From a virus (lineage: Duplodnaviria; Caudoviricetes): 64,000 nucleotides of DNA. A program made the position numbers and the translations under genes. The notes beneath the pieces were generated by a model. It was given only the letters and a program-made list of their open reading frames with translations, was not told the DNA's origin and searched no databases. Numbering within the stretch: position 1 is the first letter of the stretch; every line of letters starts with the position of its first letter. Positions 19,453 to 28,936 of the stretch are shown here, piece after piece. The DNA lies in the IMG/VR virus record IMGVR_UViG_3300033076_001139, positions 1-64,000 of that record; one strand, written 5' to 3'.

Positions 19453-20061
19453 CTAGAGGTTAGAGATGCGGATAAAAGTGCTTTCAATTGGATGGACGAT
19501 CTTCGGTGCCGAAGAAAGCCCGTCCTCTGTTAACACGTGCCAGCGGTTTCCCCACTCCGGATCCTTTGACCGCTCCCAGTTCACCTGCGTCGCAACGACG
19601 GTGAACTGGTTGTCGATGGGAATTCCGCGTGCAAGGAGTTCCTGTTCCCGTTTACGGAACCCCGCGTCAACGGTGCTACGGCCCCAGCCCATCTGCACCT
19701 TCGCTTCAATTGAGGCGACCACAACCTGATTCTTCCAGACGGAAATATCAGGACGCTTACCCTTCAAAGTCTTCTCAGCATGCACATCCAGGTGCTTGAT
19801 GCCGTTCTGCTTCAAGTATGACCGCAGGAAGAACGCGATGGTTTCGACCATCACGTGATCCAGCGATCCGCGCAGATGCTTCTGAACTCGAACCTTGATG
19901 TACGAGTCCAACCGTTCGTAGGCAGCAAGACGACCCAGAATAAGGTTCGTCGCGTCCTGCGCCTTCAGGTCAATCGTCCCTGCTACCGAGAAATCCACCT
20001 CCGCCAGCAGGAACGCCTGGCGCAGATTCTCCACTGCTTGTGCGAACTTGTCCGTGTGCAC
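19453..20061 (-). CDS. PD-(D/E)xK nuclease-like protein
   Basis: KRPDISVW...SIEAK. Confidence 0.55.
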   Translation of the reverse strand: MHTDKFAQAVENLRQAFLLAEVDFSVAGTIDLKAQDATNLILGRLAAYERLDSYIKVRVQKHLRGSLDHVMVETIAFFLRSYLKQNGIKHLDVHAEKTLKGKRPDISVWKNQVVVASIEAKVQMGWGRSTVDAGFRKREQELLARGIPIDNQFTVVATQVNWERSKDPEWGNRWHVLTEDGLSSAPKIVHPIESTFIRISNL

Positions 20062-20326
20062 GGTGCTCCTTTGTGTTTAGGGCCTCCGTCACCATCCGAA
20101 AGGTACGAGGTGACAGCAGCCGTTCCAAGACTGACAAGACACCTGCAAGTTCTTCGTCTTTCTCTGACTGCATCTCACGATGCTTCCAGCACATTTCTTC
20201 GTGGGCTTTCACCCGATTACGGCAGCCGCGTACCGAGCTACCGTAAACTACTTTCTGAACACAAAACTTCTTAGGTTTAGTGTGCCGCACGCAGTTTACC
20301 CTCACGAACTTATGCCGTGATTATGG

Positions 20327-20746
20327 TTATTTCCGCGCAAGCAGTACGAGGCCGGCACCTACCAGGACTGCGCCGACGACAGACTCCGTCGATGGTTTCT
20401 GGTCTTTCAATAGGTAGAGAAACATCATCGTCCACACTGGGTACGAGATCTCCACAAGACCAGCATCAACGCCGCCAAGGAGTTGGATCGACCAGATGAT
20501 GAAGAACTCTGCCACCAACACGGAGAGGATCATGCTGCCCGTACTCGTGGGGTAGTTCGCAATATCCTTTAGCAACTCAGGTCCGTACCAGAAGGCAACT
20601 GGGGCAAGCACAAGCGCGCCTAGCCAATAGATGAGTGCTAGCGTGGCAAGCGGCGGAAGCCTTTCTACTACCTCTTGCGTCGTAGCGTAGACGTAGCCCC
20701 AAGAAATTGCTGCACAGAGTGCAATCAGCATTCCCACTTTGCGCAC
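20327..20746 (-). CDS. EamA/DMT family membrane protein
   Basis: About five TM helices; AISWG, ISYPVWT, GAVLVGAGLVL. Confidence 0.75.
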   Translation of the reverse strand: MRKVGMLIALCAAISWGYVYATTQEVVERLPPLATLALIYWLGALVLAPVAFWYGPELLKDIANYPTSTGSMILSVLVAEFFIIWSIQLLGGVDAGLVEISYPVWTMMFLYLLKDQKPSTESVVGAVLVGAGLVLLARK

Positions 20747-20795
20747 GAGTGGCTCCTAAAGAAAAGAGGCCGACGCGTGAACGTCGGCCTCAAAG

Positions 20796-20885
20796 TGGCG
20801 GAAGCGGTGAGATTCGAACTCACGGTGACTGTTAAACCACGGCGGTTTTCAAGACCGCTGCCTTAAACCACTCGGCCACGCTTCC
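20796..20885 (-). tRNA. tRNA-Ser(UGA)
   Basis: Cloverleaf, long variable arm, G73, CCA. Confidence 0.95.
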
Positions 20886-21304
20886 TAGACAGGCCAGATG
20901 TACGGGAGATCCCCGTTGATGTCCGGCCAGAACTTCTTGTAATACTCTGGATCTTTCCGCACAAGGTTAGATCGGTGAGAAATATGCAGCTCGATGTTGC
21001 TGAGCCAAGGAGGCTCGGACAGCGTCGAGGACGGGAACTTGCAGAGCAGGTCCCCGATCTTCTCGTAGCATGTGTCTTTGTATCCACGTTCTTTCCACTC
21101 GACGCAGATGCTTAGGCCGTACTCAGCCAGCATTTGCTCGTGTCCTCGCCACATGCGAACGGCTGGATGATTTTGCCAGCCGTAGTTCTCGCGAGAAAGT
21201 GCGTTGAGGATCTGGAGTGTCTCAACGCGCTGCTTACCCAAGCGCCGAGCGTCAAGCACTCGCGCGGTCTGATGAAACTCCCTGTACGGAAGAAACGTCT
21301 GCAC
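20885..21304 (-). CDS. Pyrimidine-dimer DNA glycosylase-like (MSMEG_6728-type) protein
   Basis: QTFLPY...LDARRLGKQRVE...NHPAVRMWRG...HRSNLVRKDP..YIWP. Confidence 0.85.
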   Translation of the reverse strand: MQTFLPYREFHQTARVLDARRLGKQRVETLQILNALSRENYGWQNHPAVRMWRGHEQMLAEYGLSICVEWKERGYKDTCYEKIGDLLCKFPSSTLSEPPWLSNIELHISHRSNLVRKDPEYYKKFWPDINGDLPYIWPV

Positions 21305-21719
21305 TCGCCCTCTTGGTAGCCTTACGTCGCTCCCACTCATTTGCGTGTGCCTTTGCAACACGACACTTGTCTGAGCAGTAGATTGAATTAGCGCGCCTTG
21401 GCTCCGAGCACTTATGCCACGCACAGCCCATAATTTCGGGCGGGACAATAATTACGGCAGGCGGGGGCGGAAGCTGCTCTGCCTTGCGCGTCCTCTCCTC
21501 AAAGAGTGCCTGCTCGATGCGCCGCTCTTGTTCAATACGCGCAATCTCCGCTTGCTTGGCATTTTCCATGAAGTGCCTGGCCTGATCTCCGTAGATGACC
21601 AGTCCGCACATCATGCAGTGAACCTTGCAGTCAACGCGAGTAGAGGACCACTGAGAGTTGATGAACTCGCTACCCGAGCACGCTGTGCTGGAGCACTTTG
21701 GACAACGTAGTCCCCGCAT
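21252..21719 (-). CDS. Cys-rich zinc-binding protein
   Basis: CPKC, CMMC, YCSDKCR. Confidence 0.55.
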   Translation of the reverse strand: MRGLRCPKCSSTACSGSEFINSQWSSTRVDCKVHCMMCGLVIYGDQARHFMENAKQAEIARIEQERRIEQALFEERTRKAEQLPPPPAVIIVPPEIMGCAWHKCSEPRRANSIYCSDKCRVAKAHANEWERRKATKRASADVSSVQGVSSDRASA

Positions 21720-21932
21720 TGATTCTCCAATATACAGGAGGCTAATAGAAATGCCGCCTATTGGCAACATTTCTAGTTGGCCTACTCGAACTGCTCCGGG
21801 ATTTCGTCATCTTCCTTATCGAAGGTGAGAATAATCTCGTGGCAGGTCTCGCACTCCACGGCGACGTTCACATCATCGCCGTATCGGACGCAGTTGACCT
21901 CGTGCCCCACGTGGCGGCAGAGATCCTTGTAG

Positions 21933-22427
21933 CTACTCGCCGCCATTCTTCGTGGCCTCCTCATCCGGACACCCAGGGCACCTTCCATTCTCGATATTCT
22001 CAGGAAGTACCGAGAGCTGGCAGCTGGGGCAGAGTTCGTAGCCGTTCAGCTCGTCCTCGTTGTAATCCTCTTCAAAAACGTCTTCGTTCTCGTACGGAAT
22101 GAACTCGATGGTCACGCGCACGACGCGGCCCTCGGAGTTCTTCGTCACGAACACAGGGTACACACCGTCGCCATAGCCAGTGCTGACGCACATGCCGAGG
22201 CCTGGGTGCCCCATGTCGTAGTTGAACTGCTTGACCGTGGGATAGTCCCTGCCCAGATTGTTGCAGAAATCCATCCAGTCTTTTCCAATAGACTTGGGCT
22301 TCCTATCGTCTACATCATCTTTGTGAAGGATGTAGCAGGGGTCGCCGATCCAACAGAGACCGGCGTCAACTCCGATCACGCCGGCTTCATACGTCGTCAA
22401 CACGTCTTTCTTTGCTTCGCTCATCAT
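21933..22427 (-). CDS. Hypothetical protein
   Basis: GVDAG..IGDPCY..STGYGDGVYPV motif. Confidence 0.7.
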   Translation of the reverse strand: MMSEAKKDVLTTYEAGVIGVDAGLCWIGDPCYILHKDDVDDRKPKSIGKDWMDFCNNLGRDYPTVKQFNYDMGHPGLGMCVSTGYGDGVYPVFVTKNSEGRVVRVTIEFIPYENEDVFEEDYNEDELNGYELCPSCQLSVLPENIENGRCPGCPDEEATKNGGE

Positions 22428-22903
22428 GTGAGGCTCCTAGGATCTTGAGGTCCGTCAACGTACGCGACTTCAACTCCGTGCTGCGAGAGGTAGGCGGGGC
22501 CGTCCCCGCCCCCGACAAATCCCCCGCGCACACAGATCAACTTCGTAATCCCCGCGTGGTGCAGCAACTTGGCACACATCACGCAGGGCTCCCCGCTCAC
22601 AATCATCCATGCGCCCGCTGTCCGAATTCCGTCAGCCGCTGCGTTAGTGATTGCGTTCATCTCTGCGTGGTGGCAACCAACCTCGGTATGCGTGCCGCTC
22701 TTGATGCAGAGCGTGTCGCGCAAACACTCCTCTCCACCGCAGAGAGAACCACCCCCACGAGGGGCACCGTTGTACCCAGTCGCGAGGATGGTATTTCTCT
22801 CTGGGTTGACGATGACCGCGCCGAATTTACGACGCGGGCATCCTGAGAGCTTGGAGATGACGAGGCAGACTTCAACGTGAGCTTGAAGATGCTTCTGCTT
22901 CAC
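22424..22903 (-). CDS. dCMP deaminase
   Basis: TGYNG, HAEMNA, PCVMC. Confidence 0.92.
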   Translation of the reverse strand: MKQKHLQAHVEVCLVISKLSGCPRRKFGAVIVNPERNTILATGYNGAPRGGGSLCGGEECLRDTLCIKSGTHTEVGCHHAEMNAITNAAADGIRTAGAWMIVSGEPCVMCAKLLHHAGITKLICVRGGFVGGGDGPAYLSQHGVEVAYVDGPQDPRSLT

Positions 22904-23067
22904 GGTTCTTCTTCACGGTGGTGCTCGCCGCGTGTGCCGTCGTCACAGGCGGGGCAGTCGTGCGTTCCGGTCACGCCCGTGGGGTCGTGCCCGTACCGGA
23001 TACCTCGTGCTCCGTTCGTCGGAGCACAGCAAAAGCCCTTGCACTTGTGGCAGGATTCGGGGGTCAT
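22900..23067 (-). CDS. Small Cys-rich protein (CxxCKG family) ending RGEHHREEEP
   Basis: Translated by hand: MTPESCHKCKGFCC...HDCPACDDGTRGEHHREEEP; overlaps both neighbours. Confidence 0.7.
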   Translation of the reverse strand: MTPESCHKCKGFCCAPTNGARGIRYGHDPTGVTGTHDCPACDDGTRGEHHREEEP

Positions 23068-23969
23068 CGCGGCACCTCAATCCCCAGCTTCTTGAGAAAC
23101 TCCCGCTTCTCACGTTCGGACCACGTCGGACCTTCGGCGGTAAGTAATACCGCATTACGTAGGTGCTCGCTGCCGAGAATGGTACGAACGACCAAGAGTT
23201 CCTGCGCAGAGAACGTTTCTGCGTTGAGGACGAAATCCTCAAACGCCTCCCACGTAATCGGTACCCAGTCCTTCACGATGCGGGCAATGGCCTCCGCATA
23301 CTGACGACACTCCCACTGCGCGTGAGGATCCAGGCGCAGGGAGAGCATGTGCAGCAGGTTGTGGAGGTTCATCGTCGTACACCACTGCGTGTACGTCGAA
23401 AGCGGAAGGTTCATCCGCGCCGTCTCGCGAGAGACTCCAGCCTCAAGGAATTGATGGTACGACGCAAAGGCCTCGTGCGCCTCGTCGTACATCTGTTGCT
23501 GGAGGCACTTGGCTTCGTCCTCAGGCAGAGGGCCGGAGCGTCCCTGCTTGTTGTCCGTGGCTTGGTAGCAGATCTGCGCGCAGTCAGGCACGTAGAACTC
23601 TTCAGGGAGTTCCGAGTACCTGCCGCTCAACTCGTTCAAGCTCTGCGTGCGGTGTCGTACCAGCTGACGCGCCACGAAGACTGGCATCTTCATGTCGAGC
23701 GTAATCACAGCCTGTTCGAACGGGCTCGTGTGCTTGTGTCTCAGGAGATAACGCAACAGGCCCCGAGTTTCGGACACCTTGCGCGTTCCCTTTTGGTAGG
23801 AAAGTCGCGCGACCTGCTCGACGCGCTCATCTCCGCCCATCACATCAACAAGCGTCACATGGCCGTGATCAAGTACGGGAATGACGGTGCCATTCCCGTA
23901 TTTCTCGATGAGTTCTTCACGATTCACTTTCTCTCTCCGCGCGTCCGACGAGTAGATCAAGGTCTTCAA
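23064..23969 (-). CDS. thyX: Flavin-dependent thymidylate synthase
   Basis: HTSPFEQ, RHRTQSLNELSGRY, RETAR, HAQWE. Confidence 0.95.
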   Translation of the reverse strand: MKTLIYSSDARREKVNREELIEKYGNGTVIPVLDHGHVTLVDVMGGDERVEQVARLSYQKGTRKVSETRGLLRYLLRHKHTSPFEQAVITLDMKMPVFVARQLVRHRTQSLNELSGRYSELPEEFYVPDCAQICYQATDNKQGRSGPLPEDEAKCLQQQMYDEAHEAFASYHQFLEAGVSRETARMNLPLSTYTQWCTTMNLHNLLHMLSLRLDPHAQWECRQYAEAIARIVKDWVPITWEAFEDFVLNAETFSAQELLVVRTILGSEHLRNAVLLTAEGPTWSEREKREFLKKLGIEVPR

Positions 23970-24243
23970 ACGGACACCACAGGTCGGTGTCCGTGGGAGT
24001 GGTGCCCGCCAACAAGACGATCAATCGGCAACCCTCTGGAGGCTCTGGGTCTTCTGGATCGTAGATGACCTGTTCTCCAGTCATCTCGCCGTCCTCATCG
24101 TACTGAAACCATTGGTACTCCGCTTTGACAAAGCGGGGCTCAATAGTGGAGTAGAACGACGAGGTATGAAGATAGAATATCTCCTGCTCGTGCCTTGGCT
24201 TCTCGTCTGCAAAGCGGCGAAGCACAAGCGAGAAGGTTTTCAC
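23917..24243 (-). CDS. Hypothetical protein
   Basis: Operon context. Confidence 0.55.
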   Translation of the reverse strand: MKTFSLVLRRFADEKPRHEQEIFYLHTSSFYSTIEPRFVKAEYQWFQYDEDGEMTGEQVIYDPEDPEPPEGCRLIVLLAGTTPTDTDLWCPFEDLDLLVGRAERESES

Positions 24244-24608
24244 TTCTTCTCGCTGCTGTGGTTCTCGTTCGCGCCGAGGACGCCCTGCGCAATACGACGA
24301 GCAACGCGCTTGCCCAGGCAGTCGCGAGCTACGCGGATGGCCTCAAGGGCCTCGGCGTTCTCCTGGCAGGCAAAGGGACCGGACTGAAATCCTTCCATAC
24401 GATCCTCGATGATGGCGAGGAGGTCGTCATCGAATACGCCAGGGGTCGAACCCTCTACGCCCCGCGGGCCGTGCTGGAACTGGATGCGACAAACATCCTT
24501 GGGGCCGCCCCACTGGATGCCGTAGGTATGGCTGGCGTTGCCGGCCTTGGGGTCGCGCTCATCGACAGCAGCGACGTTGGTAGGGGCGTTGTTGGGAAGT
24601 GCACGCAT
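24240..24608 (-). CDS. tad1: Tad1-like anti-Thoeris sponge protein
   Basis: IQFQHGPR...GVFDDDLLAIIEDRMEGFQSGPFACQENAEAL...KRVARRIAQGVLGAN matches my recall of Tad1. Confidence 0.8.
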   Translation of the reverse strand: MRALPNNAPTNVAAVDERDPKAGNASHTYGIQWGGPKDVCRIQFQHGPRGVEGSTPGVFDDDLLAIIEDRMEGFQSGPFACQENAEALEAIRVARDCLGKRVARRIAQGVLGANENHSSEKK

Positions 24609-24611
24609 GAT

Positions 24612-24809
24612 TTACTCCTTAGAGATGGTGTAGGTGTGGGTAACTTCGGCTACGACCGGGCCGACGACTGCAAACCACTCGGAAAGCGCATGAATGAGCC
24701 GCAATGTTGAGGGATCGCGGCGAAGAACACGCTGGGCCTTCCGCCACTGCGCCATCGAGTATCTGTCGTCATCGCCTTTCCAAATCTTCTTGGCGATCCG
24801 CTTGTTCAC
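24612..24809 (-). CDS. Hypothetical protein
   Basis: Operon context. Confidence 0.55.
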   Translation of the reverse strand: MNKRIAKKIWKGDDDRYSMAQWRKAQRVLRRDPSTLRLIHALSEWFAVVGPVVAEVTHTYTISKE

Positions 24810-25045
24810 TTATCTGCCTGCTTCGCAAGCAATCGCTCAACGCGCGCGATCTCGAAGTTGATGTACTCGCGCGCCTTCTTCAGATCCTCAAGCCACTTGC
24901 CCTTGTGGCGGGCACGCGCGGTGTACTTCACGACGTTGCCCTCGTTGAAGTTGAGGTCCCAGTCCTCGACAACGGTGATGACCTCGATGGTCCCAAAGTT
25001 GTAGTGAGAGGGGTGAACAACCGCCTCGTTCTTCTTCTCAGACAT
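24806..25045 (-). CDS. DUF3310-like protein
   Basis: VVHPSHY...GNVVKY..RARHKG..EDLKKA. Confidence 0.85.
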   Translation of the reverse strand: MSEKKNEAVVHPSHYNFGTIEVITVVEDWDLNFNEGNVVKYTARARHKGKWLEDLKKAREYINFEIARVERLLAKQADK

Positions 25046-25487
25046 CTTCCTGTCCCTCCTCGGGCTCGATGATTTCTTCCGCCAAACGCTTCCAGTGCTC
25101 CACCACGCGAGGTGCTGCCTCCGGCGTCTCTGCGAGAAGACGCCTTGCCTCGGCACGGGCCCAGGCACGCCAGTGGTAGGACTCCTCCAGCTGCCGCGCC
25201 CGCTCCGACGGGAGCGGGTACTGCGGGTAGAGCATCTTCTCCGCCTCTACAATCGCAAACGGGCACTTCAGGTTCTGCACACGGGCAAGAAACTGAAGTG
25301 ACGCCCAGCCAGCCTGAAAACCCGTCAAGCCCTGCGAAGATGCGGCGTACTCAAATGCAGCCATCGTAATTTCCAACGCTGCGTTTGCAGAGGCCTCGTA
25401 GCCCTCCGCGCCGGCTCCAGCAGTGTCGGACTTCTCTTCCTGCGCCTTGATGAACTCGACCAGCTCTTCGATTGTCTTAGGACTCAT
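25038..25487 (-). CDS. Hypothetical protein
   Basis: GLTGFQAGW, MLYPQY motifs. Confidence 0.65.
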   Translation of the reverse strand: MSPKTIEELVEFIKAQEEKSDTAGAGAEGYEASANAALEITMAAFEYAASSQGLTGFQAGWASLQFLARVQNLKCPFAIVEAEKMLYPQYPLPSERARQLEESYHWRAWARAEARRLLAETPEAAPRVVEHWKRLAEEIIEPEEGQEDV

Positions 25488-25640
25488 CTTTTACCTCGGT
25501 GTGCGTGTCTGTGTTCTCAACTTCCTTCTTGCCCTCACGCCGAGCGCGCTTGGGCTTAACGTCGTCAGGAGTGCAGACTGCACACCAGCTTCCGTGTGTC
25601 TTATGGCCGCCCTGTGTTGGGGGGCGCGTACCATATGCCT

Positions 25641-25829
25641 TCACTTGGCTGACTCGCAGTAGCACTTGCCGCCGTTGGCAATACTGTGAAGTCCCTTGCA
25701 AGTATTCGTGCAGTCAAACGTGTCACGCGGATATTCAGCACGGACCAGCATTCCGCCGATGCCGACCGCAACAGCCGCAAGAGAGATTATAAAAATAGCA
25801 ATTGGAGCGATTGGGGCACTATTTTCCAA
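25641..25829 (-). CDS. Small membrane-anchored Cys protein (DTFDCT family)
   Basis: TM plus DTFDCTNTC...CYCE; paralog at 27090. Confidence 0.6.
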   Translation of the reverse strand: MENSAPIAPIAIFIISLAAVAVGIGGMLVRAEYPRDTFDCTNTCKGLHSIANGGKCYCESAK

Positions 25830-26170
25830 GGTATTCTCCTGTGCGGATCATGTAGATGGCATCGTCAATTGCTCCCCTACCGGGAATTAACGATTCCAAC
25901 ATATTTATGACCGCCTGCTCTATTTTCTTCCGCTCTTCCTGCTCCTTGCGGAGTTCCTGCTGCGTGTAATTAAGTGCGGACCACGCCCACTCTTTTGCCC
26001 CATCAGGGCCGCGAGTTGGGTCCGCTTCAATCTCAGAAAAGGTTTCGTAGAACTCAACTTGGTCTACATCCCAGCTCATGCGGCGCTCCTGGAGGGCACT
26101 GAGTTGCTTTCGCAGTTTCTTAATTTCGTCATCTCTGTCAAAGATGTCGTGCCAAGTTGGATCATCAATG

Positions 26171-26455
26171 TCATCGGTCGGACGCACACTGCACCTTCCA
26201 CTCCGCGTCACGGACGCGGGCTACGAGTTTCTCTACGGCCTGTCCCGGAGTGCAGCCAATGGGCCAGATGTCGTCATCCGCCCCGTTCTCCAGCGCGTTG
26301 AGCACATCCTCCAGCTGCTTGCGAAGCTGGTCGATGCAGTCACAGGCGTCGGCAAGGTCTACGCGGATATGTCCCGAGTAGAACGTCTTGTTCTCGAAGT
26401 CTGTGGGCTTCAGGTGGCGTTGTCGAATAGTCAGGGTGTCTACCATGTCGCCCAT
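26171..26455 (-). CDS. Hypothetical protein
   Basis: Operon context. Confidence 0.55.
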   Translation of the reverse strand: MGDMVDTLTIRQRHLKPTDFENKTFYSGHIRVDLADACDCIDQLRKQLEDVLNALENGADDDIWPIGCTPGQAVEKLVARVRDAEWKVQCASDR

Positions 26456-26509
26456 CTAAAATAAAGGCTGGCGAAGTGCCAGCCTTTACGTCTCAAAATC
26501 CTCAGAGAG

Positions 26510-26932
26510 TCAGGAGCCAACCCCGCAGCGTTGGCATTCCGTGTTCCCGTGCAGGCAAGTGGCCTCCCCGCGATTGCGCTCGTAGGTTGGAGAAGGCTGC
26601 GCGAGCCACCACTTCGCATCCTCCGGCTGTACAAACTCTTCGCCCATATCATCTGTGACCATCGCGACGGGGCTCCTGAAACGACTGCCGACAGGAGGAC
26701 GACGCCAGAGGGCTCCTGGCACTCCTTCTAGGCGACACTCCTCGTCGGGCACGTCAAGGGTTTCGATGCTGCTGATGTTGGTGTCCCAGTCAGCTTCCCA
26801 CCCGTCTCGGTCGATACTCTCCGCCGTCTCGCGGGCAATATCTTCGATAGTTTCGTCGTCCATGTCCTCTGGTACGTAGACGACGGCATCTACGACCTTT
26901 TCCCACGTCACCGTTACGCGCTTCATCTTCAT
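26510..26932 (-). CDS. Hypothetical protein
   Basis: GAGGAG RBS supplied by upstream gene end. Confidence 0.6.
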   Translation of the reverse strand: MKMKRVTVTWEKVVDAVVYVPEDMDDETIEDIARETAESIDRDGWEADWDTNISSIETLDVPDEECRLEGVPGALWRRPPVGSRFRSPVAMVTDDMGEEFVQPEDAKWWLAQPSPTYERNRGEATCLHGNTECQRCGVGS

Positions 26933-27093
26933 GACTGCTCCTCGTGGCGATGCTCGCCGCATCGCAGGTTTCGCCGCAACCACTCGATGGCGCGGGCTTC
27001 GTCACCACTGCACTCCGCGATGGCACGAAAGCACTCCAGCAGGCTCGCTCCCGTGAGGCGACGCAGGCGTCGCACGACCTGTATGTCGTTCAC
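26929..27093 (-). CDS. Stand-alone EF-Ts N-terminal (UBA-like) domain protein
   Basis: VVRRLRRLTGASLLECFRAIAECSGDEARAIEWLR resembles EF-Ts VKELRERTGAGMMDCKKAL...GDIELA. Confidence 0.7.
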   Translation of the reverse strand: MNDIQVVRRLRRLTGASLLECFRAIAECSGDEARAIEWLRRNLRCGEHRHEEQS

Positions 27094-27269
27094 GGCCCCT
27101 CCTCGCAGTAACAAAGGTTGTTGAACTGGATGCTGTGCGCCCCCGCGCACTTCTTCGTGCAGTCGAAGGTGTCATGTTGGTACGAGCGTTCGCCCAACCA
27201 CACGCCGAACGCCACCAGCAGGAAGCCTACGACGCCGACGACAACGAGTCCAGAGTCGCTGTCGCTCAC
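27090..27269 (-). CDS. Small membrane-anchored Cys protein (DTFDCT family)
   Basis: Translated by hand: TM plus HDTFDCTKKCAGAHSIQFNNLCYCEEGP. Confidence 0.6.
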   Translation of the reverse strand: MSDSDSGLVVVGVVGFLLVAFGVWLGERSYQHDTFDCTKKCAGAHSIQFNNLCYCEEGP

Positions 27270-27961
27270 GGCTCCTCCTCGCGGCGGTGCTCGCCGCGCT
27301 GAAGCGCGAGTTCTACCCCGCGCCGTACCTGCCCTTCCGATGCACCCACTTCATTGCGGTTAAACATCACGAATGTGAAGTCGATAGGCATTTTGCGTTC
27401 TGCCTTCGTCGCAAGAACCTCTGTGGGAAACAGGAGTTCGACCTTTCCATCTGCCACAACCCACTCCGCCGTGGGCGTACTGGCTGCCTCAGTCTCCTCT
27501 CCTGCCTCTCCTCCAAGAACCTGGGCACGGAGGCGCAGAAACGGAAATGCCTCCGCAATCCTGCGCCAGTCGTCAGTGACCTCCTCGACACGCGGCCACT
27601 TGCCGATGTTCTTATCGATTGCCCAGATCTGCCCATCCCAATCACACCAGCCGTACGGCCCGCCGACCCACGAGGACGTGAGCCGGGCGTTGTGCAAGTA
27701 GTCAAGGCGGAGCACCCCAAGTTCCTCGCAACGATTTTGCAGCGCGGTCCAGTGCTTGCCCCATTCTCCGGGAAATGCGGAGTTTTCGGGACGCACGGGC
27801 AATCCTGCAATCGCGTTGAAGGCGGCGTCCTTCTCATGCGAGTTGCTGCTGCAAGGCCAGCAGTTCGTGCGGATGAGGATCTCGGCCGCTTGATCTCGCG
27901 TCACACGCTCGCCCTTCACGAGAAGGGCGGGCCACTTCACATTGATGTACGGCGTACTCAC
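27266..27961 (-). CDS. Hypothetical protein ending RGEHRREEEP
   Basis: NIGKWP, IAEAFPFL motifs. Confidence 0.7.
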   Translation of the reverse strand: MSTPYINVKWPALLVKGERVTRDQAAEILIRTNCWPCSSNSHEKDAAFNAIAGLPVRPENSAFPGEWGKHWTALQNRCEELGVLRLDYLHNARLTSSWVGGPYGWCDWDGQIWAIDKNIGKWPRVEEVTDDWRRIAEAFPFLRLRAQVLGGEAGEETEAASTPTAEWVVADGKVELLFPTEVLATKAERKMPIDFTFVMFNRNEVGASEGQVRRGVELALQRGEHRREEEP

Positions 27962-28389
27962 GATTTTGCCTCCAGAGCAACGACAAGGGCTTCGGCTTCA
28001 TCGGCACCAACAGCAATGATGTCGCTGTGCTCTCCGGTAAAAACTGCCCAATCTGGGCGCATCTTGCTTCCTCGCGGACGCACAAAGATTCCAAGATCGC
28101 CCCACGCCTCCCGCACCAGCGCGAGCAGACACCCCAGCGTGGCGGGGTCGGTGAGGTCGGGTGTAACGTCGTCAGACCTCCAATAGCCGTCGCAGGTCGC
28201 GTAGCCCGACGCGACGAGCGGCCCTGTGCCTACGCCAGCAAGGGCTTCCATACTCTCGACGCCCTTCACGAAGCGTATCGAGTGCGGGACTCCGTTATTA
28301 TCGGGACGCCACCCCAGCATCCCAGGAAGCCACCGCCAGCCCTTGCAGGCGACGGCGCGGCGTGCGAGCGCGATCTGTTCTTCGCTCAC
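27958..28389 (-). CDS. Hypothetical protein (KGWxWxPGM / PDL family)
   Basis: Paralog of 28933-29400. Confidence 0.65.
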   Translation of the reverse strand: MSEEQIALARRAVACKGWRWLPGMLGWRPDNNGVPHSIRFVKGVESMEALAGVGTGPLVASGYATCDGYWRSDDVTPDLTDPATLGCLLALVREAWGDLGIFVRPRGSKMRPDWAVFTGEHSDIIAVGADEAEALVVALEAKS

Positions 28390-28694
28390 GGACAGTTCTT
28401 CTCCTCGCGGCGGTGCTCGCCGCGCTCGATGATGTCGCAAAGACGGCGAAGCGACGACGCCACATGGAGCGACCAGTGCTTCTCATACAGACGCTCTTCC
28501 TCCCGCAGTAGTGCCACCACGGCGGCGCGCTCACCACGCAGCACATCGTTCTCCGCGTTCAGCCGCTCCACCTCGGCGCGAAGCCACGCATCCTCCTGTG
28601 CACATTCCTGCATCCGACACTGCTCGTCGTACATGGCCTGCATATGCTTCTCGTAGGCCTCCTTCTCTGCTTCCTCTTGTTCCCACCTGCTCAT
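28386..28694 (-). CDS. Protein with ERAAVVAxLR...ERGEHRREE module
   Basis: Shared C-terminal module. Confidence 0.65.
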   Translation of the reverse strand: MSRWEQEEAEKEAYEKHMQAMYDEQCRMQECAQEDAWLRAEVERLNAENDVLRGERAAVVALLREEERLYEKHWSLHVASSLRRLCDIIERGEHRREEKNCP

Positions 28695-28936
28695 CGCTCC
28701 TCCTCGCGGCGGTGCTCGCCGCGCTCGATGGCGTCCGCGAAGTCGTAGCACCCGCAGGTATTGCCGCGCAGCCACGCCACCACGGCGGCGCGCTCAACCA
28801 GCACTTCGTCGCGTCCGGCGTTGAAAGCCTGCGCTACAACTTGCAGGTGCTTCTCGCAGTCTTTGTAGTCATTGTGGCGTGTCGGTACGGCCCCGCATGT
28901 CTCGCACAGGGGCCATAGCCCTTCGTTTTCGGTCAT
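28691..28936 (-). CDS. Protein with ERAAVVAWLR...ERGEHRREE module
   Basis: Shared C-terminal module. Confidence 0.65.
   Translation of the reverse strand: MTENEGLWPLCETCGAVPTRHNDYKDCEKHLQVVAQAFNAGRDEVLVERAAVVAWLRGNTCGCYDFADAIERGEHRREEER

Noticed and set aside
21411-21416. CATAAG promoter-like hits at 21411, 40661 and 15841
   Set aside because: Inside probable coding sequence and lacking the upstream TAAA element
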